From Myxococcota bacterium (GTDB lineage Bacteria > Myxococcota_A > UBA9160 > UBA4427), in the NCBI GenBank assembly GCA_041690055.1, contig JBDNFB010000068.1, positions 8,114-72,113 of the forward strand: 64,000 nucleotides of DNA. Reading direction: 5' to 3'. A program made the translations under genes and the position numbers. How positions within the stretch are numbered: position 1 is the first letter of the stretch; each line of letters opens with the position of its first letter. Shown here one piece after another: positions 49,473-59,822 of this stretch. The notes beneath the pieces are model-generated. The model worked only from the letters and a program-made list of their open reading frames with translations. It made no database searches and had not been told where the DNA came from.

Positions 49473-51311
49473 ATGAGCACGCAGAGCGTCAAGCTCGATG
49501 GAATGGGATCTCTCGCACGCAGCCATCGCTGTGGTCAACTCTCTATAAAAGCGGGGAGTGTGGTGGACGGCCAGCCGAAGGTCGGCGATGAAGTCGTTCT
49601 CGCCGGTTGGGTGCATCGTCGCCGCGATCATGGCGGCGTGATCTTCGTCGACCTGCGCGACAAGACGGGTGTCGTTCAGGTCGTCTTCAGACCAGAGTCT
49701 GCGCCGGAAGCACACGAGCGCGCACATCATCTTCGCTCGGAGTGGGTCATCCTCGTGCGCGGCGAAATTGAAAGCCGCAGCGACGATACGATCAATCCGA
49801 ATATGCCAACGGGCACGATCGAAGTGAACGTGCGCGAACTGCGCATCCTGAATTCCGCCACCGTGCCGCCATTCCCGATCGAAGACGAAATCGAAGTGGA
49901 CGAGCAGGTTCGGCTGCGGAACCGGCTGCACGACCTGCGCCGCGCACCGCTTCAGCGCGCACTTCAGGTCCGAAACGATCTCGCCAAAGCCGTGCGCCAG
50001 TCGCTGTCTGAGCAGGACTTCATGGAGATCGAGACGCCGATGCTCGCGCGCGCGACGCCCGAGGGTGCCCGCGATTTCCTCGTGCCGAGTCGACTTCAGC
50101 CCGGCGATTTCTACGCCTTGCCGCAGTCACCGCAGATCATGAAGCAGCTTTTCATGATTGCTGGTTGCGACCGCTATTACCAGATCGCGCGATGCTTCCG
50201 CGACGAGGATCAGCGCGCGGACCGCCAGCTCGAGTTCACGCAGATCGACCTCGAACTCTCTTTCGCGAGCGTCGAAGAGATTCTGGCCGTCCTCGAAAAA
50301 GTGACGGTGGATGGTTCCCGCGCCTGCGGCGTCGAACTCGAAGCACCGTTCAAACGGATCACCTACGCCGACGCGATGGACCGCTACGGCTGCGATCGCC
50401 CGGACACGCGCATCCTGCTCGAACTCGTCGATCTGACGGATGTGTTCAAGACCAGCGAGTTCAAGGCCTTCCGCGGCGTCGCCGAATCCGGCGGCATAGT
50501 GAAGGCGCTGCCCATTGCTGACGCAAGATCGCTGAGCCGCGGCGAAATTGATCGCCTCGAAAAGTTCGTGCGCAAGGAACTCGGCGCGAAGGGCCTCGGC
50601 TGGATTCGCGTTGAAGACGATGGCACGTGGAAGAGCCCGATCACGAAATTTCTCGGAGAGCCGGAGACGGAAGCGATCCGGGAGCGCTGCAAGGTCGAGC
50701 CCGGCATGGTGATCTTTTTCCAGGCCGACGTGAAGGACAAGGCGAACACGATCTTGTCCCGCCTGCGCGAAGATCTGGGCAACAAGATGGGCCGTGTCGA
50801 CGGCCGCGCATGGGATCCGGTTCTGGTGGTCGACTTCCCGCTGCTCGAGCCCGACGAGAACGGCAAGCTTGGCTATGTGCATCAGCCTTTTGTTGCTCCC
50901 GTCGAAGAGGATTTGCATCTGCTCGATACCGAGCCCGAGAAAGTGCGCGGCACACATTACGATGTGGTCTTAAATGGCACAGAACTCGGATCAGGCAGTC
51001 TGCGTAATCATCGCGCCGATATCCAGCGCCAGATTCTCGAGATCATGGGCTACAGCGAAGCCGAGATGGAGAGGAGCTTCGGCTTCATGCTCGAAGCCCT
51101 TGAAACGGGCGCTCCGCCGCATGGTGGCTTCGCGTTCGGCTTTGATCGCTGGGTCATGAAACTTATCGGTGCGGATAATCTGCGAGATGTGATCGCGTTC
51201 CCGAAGACTCAGCGCGGACAGGATCTACTGATGGCTGCGCCCTCGGGCGTCGATGCCGATCAGCTCGATGATCTTTCGATTCGAATACAGCTTCCGCCGT
51301 CGAAAGACTGA
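49473..51311 (+). CDS. aspS: Aspartate--tRNA ligase
   Basis: OB-fold N-terminus (VVLAGWVHRRRDHGGVIFVDLRD), class II motifs FRDEDQRADRQLEFTQID and GGFAFGFDR. ATG at 49473 preferred over ORF-track start 49299. Confidence 0.95.
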   Translation: MSTQSVKLDGMGSLARSHRCGQLSIKAGSVVDGQPKVGDEVVLAGWVHRRRDHGGVIFVDLRDKTGVVQVVFRPESAPEAHERAHHLRSEWVILVRGEIESRSDDTINPNMPTGTIEVNVRELRILNSATVPPFPIEDEIEVDEQVRLRNRLHDLRRAPLQRALQVRNDLAKAVRQSLSEQDFMEIETPMLARATPEGARDFLVPSRLQPGDFYALPQSPQIMKQLFMIAGCDRYYQIARCFRDEDQRADRQLEFTQIDLELSFASVEEILAVLEKVTVDGSRACGVELEAPFKRITYADAMDRYGCDRPDTRILLELVDLTDVFKTSEFKAFRGVAESGGIVKALPIADARSLSRGEIDRLEKFVRKELGAKGLGWIRVEDDGTWKSPITKFLGEPETEAIRERCKVEPGMVIFFQADVKDKANTILSRLREDLGNKMGRVDGRAWDPVLVVDFPLLEPDENGKLGYVHQPFVAPVEEDLHLLDTEPEKVRGTHYDVVLNGTELGSGSLRNHRADIQRQILEIMGYSEAEMERSFGFMLEALETGAPPHGGFAFGFDRWVMKLIGADNLRDVIAFPKTQRGQDLLMAAPSGVDADQLDDLSIRIQLPPSKD

Positions 51312-51378
51312 TTCGGCCGAGCGCGGAAGTTAATGTGGGCTTGCGCGAGGCAGGCTCAAGCGTGAAGACCAGGCATAA

Positions 51379-52332
<954 letters not shown>

Positions 52333-52380
52333 GGCTCTTTATCTTCTTCCAACTGAGAATACAGCGGAGATCATCCGAAC

Positions 52381-53550
52381 ATGAATGTGCATGAGTATCA
52401 AGCAAAGGCGCTCTTCCGAGAGTACGGCGTGGCCGTACCGGAAGGTCATCTCGCGACGACGCCCGAAGAGGCCGAGCGCGCAGCAAAAGCATTGGGCACG
52501 CCCGTCGTTGTCGTGAAGGCCCAGGTTCACGCCGGTGGACGCGGTAAGGGCGGCGGCGTGAAGCTCGCCAAGAGCCCCGCGGAAGCGAAGACGGCGGCGA
52601 GTGAAATCCTTGGGATGACGCTGCATACGCCGCAGACACCTCCGGAAGGCAAGCTCGTTCGGAAGGTCTACGTTGAAGCCGGTTCGAATATCGAGAACGA
52701 ACTCTATCTTGCGATTCTTTTTGATCGCGCGGAAGAGAAGTTCGCGGTCGTGGCTTCAACCGAGGGCGGCATGGAGATCGAAGTCGTCGCGGAGAAGACA
52801 CCCGAGGCGATCCTCACGACTCTGGTTGAGCCCAATGTGGGTCTCCGCGAATACCAGGTGCGCGATCTTGGATTCCGCTTGGGCTTCGATGGGGCACAAG
52901 TGAAGAAGCTGGTCCCCTTCGTGATGGGGCTCTACAAGCTGTACATCGAGAAGGACTGCTCGCAGATCGAGATTAATCCTCTCGTGCTGACGGCCGAGGG
53001 CGACATCTTCGCACTCGACGGCAAGCTGAACTTCGACGACAACGCGCTTTACCGACACCCCGAGATCGCGGAGCTCCGCGATCCCGAGGAAGAAGACGAG
53101 CGCGAGCGCGCGGCGAACGAGATCGATCTCGCCTACGTGGGACTCGACGGCAACATCGGCTGCATGGTGAACGGCGCGGGCCTCGCGATGGCGACCCTCG
53201 ACATGATTCACTACTGCGGCGGCACGCCGGCGAACTTCCTCGACGCGGGCGGAGGCGCCGACAAGGAGAAGGTGAAGGAAGCCTTCAAGCTGATCCTGCG
53301 CGACGAGAACGTGAAGGCCATTCTTGTGAACATCTTTGGCGGCATCGTACGCTGTGACTTGATCGCCGAAGGCGTTGTCGCGGCGGCAAGTGAACTCGGC
53401 GTTGAAGTTCCGCTGGTCGTTCGCCTGCAGGGCACGATGGCGACGGAAGGTCGCGCGATACTGGCTCAGTCGAACCTCAATATCACGTCGGCTGAAACGC
53501 TGAAGGACGCGGGCGAACTCGCCGTCGCGGCCGTGAAGGGAGCTGCCTAA
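52381..53550 (+). CDS. sucC: Succinyl-CoA synthetase beta subunit
   Basis: [48 protein letters not shown]. Confidence 0.95.
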   Translation: MNVHEYQAKALFREYGVAVPEGHLATTPEEAERAAKALGTPVVVVKAQVHAGGRGKGGGVKLAKSPAEAKTAASEILGMTLHTPQTPPEGKLVRKVYVEAGSNIENELYLAILFDRAEEKFAVVASTEGGMEIEVVAEKTPEAILTTLVEPNVGLREYQVRDLGFRLGFDGAQVKKLVPFVMGLYKLYIEKDCSQIEINPLVLTAEGDIFALDGKLNFDDNALYRHPEIAELRDPEEEDERERAANEIDLAYVGLDGNIGCMVNGAGLAMATLDMIHYCGGTPANFLDAGGGADKEKVKEAFKLILRDENVKAILVNIFGGIVRCDLIAEGVVAAASELGVEVPLVVRLQGTMATEGRAILAQSNLNITSAETLKDAGELAVAAVKGAA

Positions 53551-53551
53551 T

Positions 53552-54430
53552 ATGGCGATTCTTTGCGATAAGAATACGAAGCTGATTGTTCAGGGCATGG
53601 GCAATATGGGTACGTTCCACGCTGGGATTTCCCGCGAGTACGGAACTCAGGTTGTCGGTGGTGTCCATCCCGGTAAGGGTGGGACGGAGAAGGACGGTTT
53701 CCCGATCTTCAACACCGTTCGAGAAGCAGTGGCCGCAACGGGCGCAACGGCATCCGTGATTTTCGTGCCGCCGCCGGGTGCTGCGGACGCAATCCTCGAA
53801 GCCGCCGAGAATGAACTCGAACTCGTGGTCTGCATCACGGAAGGCATCCCTGTCGTCGATATGGCTCGCGCCAAGGCGGCCCTTCGCGGCGCCAAGACTC
53901 GGCTCCTCGGCCCGAACTGCCCCGGAGTCGTGACGCCCGGCCAATGCCGCATTGGCATCATGCCCGCGCAGATCACCCGCCCGGGTCCGGTCGGTGTGGT
54001 TTCGCGCTCGGGTACACTGACCTACGAAGCGGTCGATCAGCTCTCGAGATTGGGCATTGGCCAGTCGAGCTGCGTCGGCATTGGAGGTGATCCCGTCATA
54101 GGCACGAACTTCATCGACGCTCTGGAGCTCTTCCAGAATGATCCCGATACGAAGGCGGTCGTGATGATCGGCGAGATCGGTGGCTCAGCCGAAGAAGAAG
54201 CGGCCGAGTTCGTGAAGTCGAATATGACGAAGCCCGTCGCCGCGTTCATCGCGGGGCAGAACGCTCCGCCCGGAAAGCGCATGGGCCACGCCGGCGCGAT
54301 CATCGCCGGGGGCAAGGGCAAGGCGTCCGATAAGATCGCCGCGCTCGAAAAGAATGGCGTCGCGGTTTCTGCGTCTCCCGCGGAGATTGGCGAGACGCTC
54401 GCGAAGCATGCGCCTGGGTTGGAAGGCTAG
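53552..54430 (+). CDS. sucD: Succinyl-CoA synthetase alpha subunit
   Basis: [16 protein letters not shown], phosphohistidine loop GHAGAII. Confidence 0.95.
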   Translation: MAILCDKNTKLIVQGMGNMGTFHAGISREYGTQVVGGVHPGKGGTEKDGFPIFNTVREAVAATGATASVIFVPPPGAADAILEAAENELELVVCITEGIPVVDMARAKAALRGAKTRLLGPNCPGVVTPGQCRIGIMPAQITRPGPVGVVSRSGTLTYEAVDQLSRLGIGQSSCVGIGGDPVIGTNFIDALELFQNDPDTKAVVMIGEIGGSAEEEAAEFVKSNMTKPVAAFIAGQNAPPGKRMGHAGAIIAGGKGKASDKIAALEKNGVAVSASPAEIGETLAKHAPGLEG

Positions 54431-54467
54431 TTCCTGCCTGTCTAGTCCGGCTCTGCACGTACTGATC

Positions 54468-54505
54468 GCCGCCGTCTCGGATTCCGAGGCGGCGGCTTTC
54501 TTTTT
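54468..54505 (+). terminator. Rho-independent terminator candidate after sucD
   Basis: gccgccgtctcgg / ccgaggcggcggc form a 13-bp stem (one G-U pair) with loop att, followed by tttcttttt. Confidence 0.65.
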
Positions 54506-54591
54506 GGAGCTTGCGATCGGCACGTCTTTCGTGAGGCCGCTGCTGAGCGGCTCGAATAAAGCTGTCGAGGGCCGTTTGTTCTGGTACGAGA

Positions 54592-55758
54592 CTAGACCAA
54601 GCCGAGGCGTGAACGGAGGCTCCCGCGCAGGCGCCCGTGGAGCTCCACTTGCCATAGGTTTTCGAGCAGAGCGCCGAACTGTGATTCGGAGAGCGGCCGA
54701 TCCGTCGGGAGTGGCAAGACCAGATCATCGTAGGCGGACTCGGGTTCGGTCCCGTCGGCACCGCTGCTTCCTCGCTGGCGATTCGCCTTTTTCTCCGCTC
54801 GGCGCGCTCGAAGTTTCTTCAGCCGATGTTTGATAGGCCGCCTAATGAGCCTCAAAATCGAAAAGGGTGGAAGCCCGAGCTCGCGGCGCGCAAGGACGGC
54901 TTCGCGGCCGTGTACGAAGTAGGCGTCCCGCACGAATTCATAGGTGGCTCGTTCCAAGTGGATCGGGTGCTGGACGAACGCGCGGGGCTCGTAGCTGATG
55001 CGAAGCTTGCGCTTCAGGATCTCATGGGCGAGCGCAGTATCTTCGCCGCCGCGGAGTCCAGTCCGCGGGTTCGGTCCGAGCCGCTGCGAGAAAGAGAGTG
55101 TTTCGAAGACCTCGCGGCGCACGGCGAAATTCGCACCGATGCAAACGCCCCCGAGCACGCCATCGCCGATGGGGTAGTCGAGAGGTTCCGGCCCGTAATC
55201 ATGCCGTGGGCCGATATAATGGGTCTCTCGCGAGAGCACGAGCTGTTTGAACCAGGGCGGGGTTTCGGCGGGGAACGTCGGGATGACCGGGCCTCCCATC
55301 GCGACCAGCGAGGGATCTCGCTGCGGATCCAAGAGTCGCTCATGGATCTCTTCTAGCCAGCAGGGGCCGGGCAGCGTATCGTCATCCGTGAAGGCGATGA
55401 CTTCGCCCCGTGCGAGCGCGATGCCTGTGTTGAGCGCCGCGCTTTTGCCCGGTTCGGGCTCAAACTCGATGCGGTCGCAAAAGCGTTGGAGGGTGATGAG
55501 GGCGGCGGGGCGGACTGCATTGCGGGCAACGTTGAAGACGAGCAGGATTTCGACTCGCTCTGGATCGGCCTGTGCCCGGATGATCTCAAGCGTCGTTCGG
55601 AGGAGGGGGGAATCGCGGATGGCAGCGATCAGCACACTGATCTGCGGCGGGTCTGCGTCAGGGCCCCTGGGCGTGGTGTGGCTGCCATGGGTGTTGCCAG
55701 TGTGGCTTGTTTTTTCGGAGGCGGCTGAGATGGTAGGCTCCTGGAGGATGGGCCCCAT
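54592..55758 (-). CDS. Glycosyltransferase family 2
   Basis: ISVLIAAIRD...ILLVFN...GKSAALNTGIALARGEVIAFTDDDT (GT-A fold with DxD). Confidence 0.75.
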   Translation of the reverse strand: MGPILQEPTISAASEKTSHTGNTHGSHTTPRGPDADPPQISVLIAAIRDSPLLRTTLEIIRAQADPERVEILLVFNVARNAVRPAALITLQRFCDRIEFEPEPGKSAALNTGIALARGEVIAFTDDDTLPGPCWLEEIHERLLDPQRDPSLVAMGGPVIPTFPAETPPWFKQLVLSRETHYIGPRHDYGPEPLDYPIGDGVLGGVCIGANFAVRREVFETLSFSQRLGPNPRTGLRGGEDTALAHEILKRKLRISYEPRAFVQHPIHLERATYEFVRDAYFVHGREAVLARRELGLPPFSILRLIRRPIKHRLKKLRARRAEKKANRQRGSSGADGTEPESAYDDLVLPLPTDRPLSESQFGALLENLWQVELHGRLRGSLRSRLGLV

Positions 55759-55801
55759 GAGGTTTTGCGAGGCGTGGGAATGCTAGCGTTGCGAAGACGA
55801 T

Positions 55802-56734
55802 ATGACGATTGACTGCGAATTCAGCCTTATCACCGAGTCGTATAATCTCACAGAGGGCACTGCCCTTGCGAGTTTTAGAGAGGCTATTCGACGCGCGCTT
55901 ACCGAAGTTGATCGTGAGGGTGGCGGCGAGGTACTCGTTGCAGATGTCGCGGGGGGCGACGCGGTCGCGGCCGTGATCGCCGAATTCCCGGATGCGCGGC
56001 GGGTCGCATGTGATGGGCTGTCCTACGACGCGGCGAAGAATCGTGCCGCGGAGGCGGCCCGTGGGCGCTACGTCGTCTACCTCGATGGTGACTGCGCGCC
56101 GGAGCCGGGTTGGCTTGCAGCTTTGATGGGCGCGCTCCGAGAGGGGCGGTCGGAGGCCGTCTGCGGGTACACGACCTATCGGGGAGGCTATTGGGCCAAG
56201 CTTCAATCTCTTCTTGATTTCGGCTTTCTGATGCCCGCCGAAGCCGGGCCGGCCGGCTGCTACCCCTGTAATAACTGGGCGGCTGTGCGGGAGAATCTTC
56301 TTAAGTTTCCGATTTCCGTCGATGTTGACCTGCGCTGTTCATGTTATGTCCATGCGCAAGAGATGATTCGGGACGAGCGTCCGATTCATTTGGTTCCTGA
56401 TGCGCGCGTGCTGCATGATCTGCCGCCCTTCTTTCAAGAGCGCTTTCGGCGTGGGGCAGATTTGGTGGCGGTGTGTTGGGTGGACCCGACGCTGCCCGAA
56501 GCGAAATACCTTGATTGGGGTTGGGCAGCAGTCCCAGCCTTTTACTCGAAGAATGTACGGATGGATTGGCGCCGACTACGACGATGTCGAAAAGAGCTGG
56601 AGATGTCCCAAGCCGGGGCAGCGCTCGCCGCGGCGCTCATCCCCCTCATTCGCATGGCCGATATCGTCGGCCTAGTACGCGCCGTTCGAGAGACGAAACA
56701 AGTGCTCAAGCGCCGGCAAAAAACGGCCTATTAG
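55802..56734 (+). CDS. Glycosyltransferase family 2-like protein
   Basis: YDAAKNRAAEAARGRYVVYLDGDCAPEPGWL (GT-A DxD region). Divergent from the other GT2 across a 43-nt gap. Confidence 0.6.
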   Translation: MTIDCEFSLITESYNLTEGTALASFREAIRRALTEVDREGGGEVLVADVAGGDAVAAVIAEFPDARRVACDGLSYDAAKNRAAEAARGRYVVYLDGDCAPEPGWLAALMGALREGRSEAVCGYTTYRGGYWAKLQSLLDFGFLMPAEAGPAGCYPCNNWAAVRENLLKFPISVDVDLRCSCYVHAQEMIRDERPIHLVPDARVLHDLPPFFQERFRRGADLVAVCWVDPTLPEAKYLDWGWAAVPAFYSKNVRMDWRRLRRCRKELEMSQAGAALAAALIPLIRMADIVGLVRAVRETKQVLKRRQKTAY

Positions 56735-56799
56735 GCAGGTCGCGTGGCAGCGCATCGCGCGCACATCACTCGCTCCTTAAGGCCGATTCAAGCTCTTGC

Positions 56800-57447
56800 C
56801 TAGGGAAGTGTCATGCCTGCCGTGCCCGCCAGGATCATTTGCGATCCAAAATAGGCGGGTAGGCCCCAAGCGGAGTTGATGAATCTGGCTTGGACGAAGC
56901 GTTCGCGTGCCACAGAAAGGTCCGAAGCCGCAAAGAGAGTCGCGCCGATGGCGATCGCAGGTGCTGCTGGAGCGCCGGCGGCGGTCGCCGCGAAGGCCGA
57001 TGCGACCATTCCACTGATGACCAAGGTATAAGCCCCGACCGCGATCTTGAAATCGTCCGGAATATGCGGTCGCAGCAAAGCGAGCACGCGCGCCGCAGCG
57101 AAAGCGAGGATCGCGCCGCTCGCGACAAGCGCGAGTGGGGAGACCCCGAGCCGAATAAAGGCGACCGCATAAGCCAAATGCCCCAGCAGGAATGCGCCAA
57201 TACCGAGCTGGAACCAGAGGGTTTGGCCGAGTGGGAGAAGCAGGGCGTCGCCGAGGGCGCAGAGCGCCAGGCCGAGCAGGAGGAGGCGGCCGTAGTCGCT
57301 ATCGAGGGCGCCAGATTCCAGCGCGAAGGCAAGGAAGCAAGCGGCGGCCGAGAGCTTGGCGACTGCGATCCCGGGGCGCCATTCCATCCGTTCGGCAACG
57401 AGAAGTGCGAACACGGCGACGACGACGAGCGGGATCCAGAGACTCAT
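56800..57447 (-). CDS. YhhN family membrane protein (lysoplasmalogenase-like)
   Basis: Seven to eight TM helices with the GDALLL, FLLGHLAYAVAF and FAASDLSVA patterns typical of YhhN/TMEM86. Confidence 0.6.
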   Translation of the reverse strand: MSLWIPLVVVAVFALLVAERMEWRPGIAVAKLSAAACFLAFALESGALDSDYGRLLLLGLALCALGDALLLPLGQTLWFQLGIGAFLLGHLAYAVAFIRLGVSPLALVASGAILAFAAARVLALLRPHIPDDFKIAVGAYTLVISGMVASAFAATAAGAPAAPAIAIGATLFAASDLSVARERFVQARFINSAWGLPAYFGSQMILAGTAGMTLP

Positions 57448-57456
57448 TCAGGCAAC

Positions 57457-58635
57457 TTAGTCGAGGGCGCGTAAACCGCCGAGTCGCCACTGTGCAATCG
57501 CCGCGAAAGCGATCAGAGCGGTGCCAAAGAGGCCGACGACGAGGGAGAGCCCCGTCCATTCCGCGATGAGGCCGCCGATCTGGGCGCCGATGGGCATGGA
57601 GACGATGATCCCCATGAGTTGGAGGGAGGTGACTCGGCCGCGGAATTCTTCGGTGACGATGATCTGGATCGCTGTGGTAACGGAGACGTTCACGAGCACG
57701 TGGGCGAATCCGACGACGACGAAGCCGGCGATGCCGATTGCGAAGTCGTTGGTCGAAGCGACGATCAGGAGGCCGACCCCGTAGAGGACGAGCCCGACGC
57801 GGATCATGAGTGACCGGGAGATTCTGTCGGCGACGCCAGCTGTGACGATGGACGTAATCGCCGCGGAAAAACCGATCGAAGAAACGAGCATACCGAGGCC
57901 TGCTTCGTCGACGAGGAAGACGTCTTTGGCCAGGCCCGCCATGAGCGGCTGCACACTCATCCCAAAGAGCGCCGTGGTCGTGACTGTGATGAGGGCGAGT
58001 CGGAGCGGAGCTTGAGTCCAAGAGACACGGGCGCCCTCAATCAGGCTTGCGAGGACGCTGCTGGAAGGGCTGCGTAGTTGAGTGCGCGGGGTGATGAAGA
58101 AGAGAATTAGAATCAGCGGCACATAACACACGGCGTTGATGAAGAAAGTCGTCGTTGCACCCCAGCCTGCGAGGACGAAGCCTGCGACTGCCGGGCCGAT
58201 CGCGCGGGAGAGGTTGAACTGGATCGCGTTCAGGCGATAGGCCGGGCCGATGAGTCGTGCGGGGACGAGTTCAGAGACGAACGCCTGATAGGCGGAGAGG
58301 TTCATCGCGGACGCGAATCCCATGGCGGTCGTGAGTGCCAAGAGGCGGTAAAGGTCGAGGGTGCCGGTGTGACTGAGGTAGAAGAGAGCTGAGCCGATCA
58401 GGCACTGCGCGGCGAGCGCGAGGAGCAGGACTCGCTTTCTCGAATAGCGATCCGCCCAGACTCCGCCGAGCGGCGATGCAATCAAGGACGGGGCGCTGCT
58501 CGCCACCGCAGAGATCCCCAGCCAGGTCGTCGAGTCCGTCATCTCGTAGACGAGATAGGGAACACTCAGACTGAGCATCCAGTTTGCGGACGCGGCGAGC
58601 ATTCCTGTGACGAATACCCACGAGAACTGGGGCAC
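57457..58635 (-). CDS. MFS transporter
   Basis: 12-TM pattern; GGVWADRYSRKRVLL is the MFS loop 2-3 motif. GTG start; the frame stays open upstream, so the start is uncertain. Confidence 0.8.
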   Translation of the reverse strand: MPQFSWVFVTGMLAASANWMLSLSVPYLVYEMTDSTTWLGISAVASSAPSLIASPLGGVWADRYSRKRVLLLALAAQCLIGSALFYLSHTGTLDLYRLLALTTAMGFASAMNLSAYQAFVSELVPARLIGPAYRLNAIQFNLSRAIGPAVAGFVLAGWGATTTFFINAVCYVPLILILFFITPRTQLRSPSSSVLASLIEGARVSWTQAPLRLALITVTTTALFGMSVQPLMAGLAKDVFLVDEAGLGMLVSSIGFSAAITSIVTAGVADRISRSLMIRVGLVLYGVGLLIVASTNDFAIGIAGFVVVGFAHVLVNVSVTTAIQIIVTEEFRGRVTSLQLMGIIVSMPIGAQIGGLIAEWTGLSLVVGLFGTALIAFAAIAQWRLGGLRALD

Positions 58636-58739
58636 ACGGAAAGGCGAGAGCGGCCCTACGCGACCTTTGAATTGATCTAAGGTCGGGGAGGGCGAGCTCG
58701 TGCTTTCGGGATCCGCTTCGTGCGGCGCTGCGGACGGGT

Positions 58740-59765
58740 CTAGATCGTCCAGGTATCGCCCGAGTGCAGCAGCTTCTTCAGGTCGCCGCGCCCCCGTTCA
58801 GCGATAGCGGTATCGACCTGGTCTTGAAGCATGTCCTCGTAGGTCGGTTTTTCGACCGCGCGGAAGACGCCGACGGGAAGCGGGAAATCGGGGCGTTGCA
58901 AAGTCGCGAGCACGCCGGCGTAGGACGAAGAGTCTTGGCTTTCGTCATGCACAATCACGCCGCGCGCGATCGGATCCTCGTCGTCGGCGAGATCGATCAC
59001 GCTGGGGGTGCCGGCCTTTGAGACGATGCCCTTGCGTGCGCCAGGGGCGCCGAAGACGAGCGGCTGCCCGTGTTCGAGAACGAGAGATGCGTCGGCGCGC
59101 GTCTTTCGGTCTTCGACTTCTTCCCAGACGCCGTCGTTGAACACGGGGCAGTTCTGAAGGATCTCGACGAAGGCCGTGCCCTTGTGGGCGTGCGCGCGCT
59201 TCAAGACTTCCTGAAGATGCTTCGCGTCGACGTCGATCGTGCGCGCGATGAACGTTGCGCCACAGCCGATCGCGAAGGCGATGGGGTCAACTGGATGATC
59301 GATCGCGCCCTGCGGCGAGGACTTCGTCGTCGTGCCGAGATCAGAGGTGGGCGAGTACTGGCCCTTTGTCAGACCGTAGATCTTGTTGTTGAAGAGCAGG
59401 ATCTGCATGTTGAGGTTACGGCGAATGGTGTGCAGGAGATGGTTGCCACCAATTGAAAGGCCGTCTCCGTCACCCGTCACGACCCAGACCGAAAGGTCGG
59501 GGCGGCTCGCCTTGATGCCGGTGGCAAAGGCCGGCGCGCGGCCGTGGATCGTGTGGAAGCCGTACGTGTTCATGTAGTAGGGGAAGCGGCTGGAGCAGCC
59601 GATGCCCGAGACGAACATGACGTTTTCGCGCGGGACGCCGAGGTCGGGCATGATCCGCTGAACGTTGGCCAGGATCGAATAATCGCCGCAGCCGGGGCAC
59701 CAGCGGACATCTTGATCCGAAACGAATTCTTTTCGAGTAAGCTTGACTGCCGCTTCGGCTGCCAT
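58740..59765 (-). CDS. korB: 2-oxoglutarate:ferredoxin oxidoreductase beta subunit
   Basis: RWCPGCGDYSIL and GDGDGLSIGGNHL TPP-binding blocks. Paired with the alpha subunit upstream. Confidence 0.9.
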   Translation of the reverse strand: MAAEAAVKLTRKEFVSDQDVRWCPGCGDYSILANVQRIMPDLGVPRENVMFVSGIGCSSRFPYYMNTYGFHTIHGRAPAFATGIKASRPDLSVWVVTGDGDGLSIGGNHLLHTIRRNLNMQILLFNNKIYGLTKGQYSPTSDLGTTTKSSPQGAIDHPVDPIAFAIGCGATFIARTIDVDAKHLQEVLKRAHAHKGTAFVEILQNCPVFNDGVWEEVEDRKTRADASLVLEHGQPLVFGAPGARKGIVSKAGTPSVIDLADDEDPIARGVIVHDESQDSSSYAGVLATLQRPDFPLPVGVFRAVEKPTYEDMLQDQVDTAIAERGRGDLKKLLHSGDTWTI

Positions 59766-59822
59766 GGGATGACTCCTTTTTGAAGGCCGGGCCCTCAGAG
59801 AAGTTGGATGTGTTAGGTCTGA

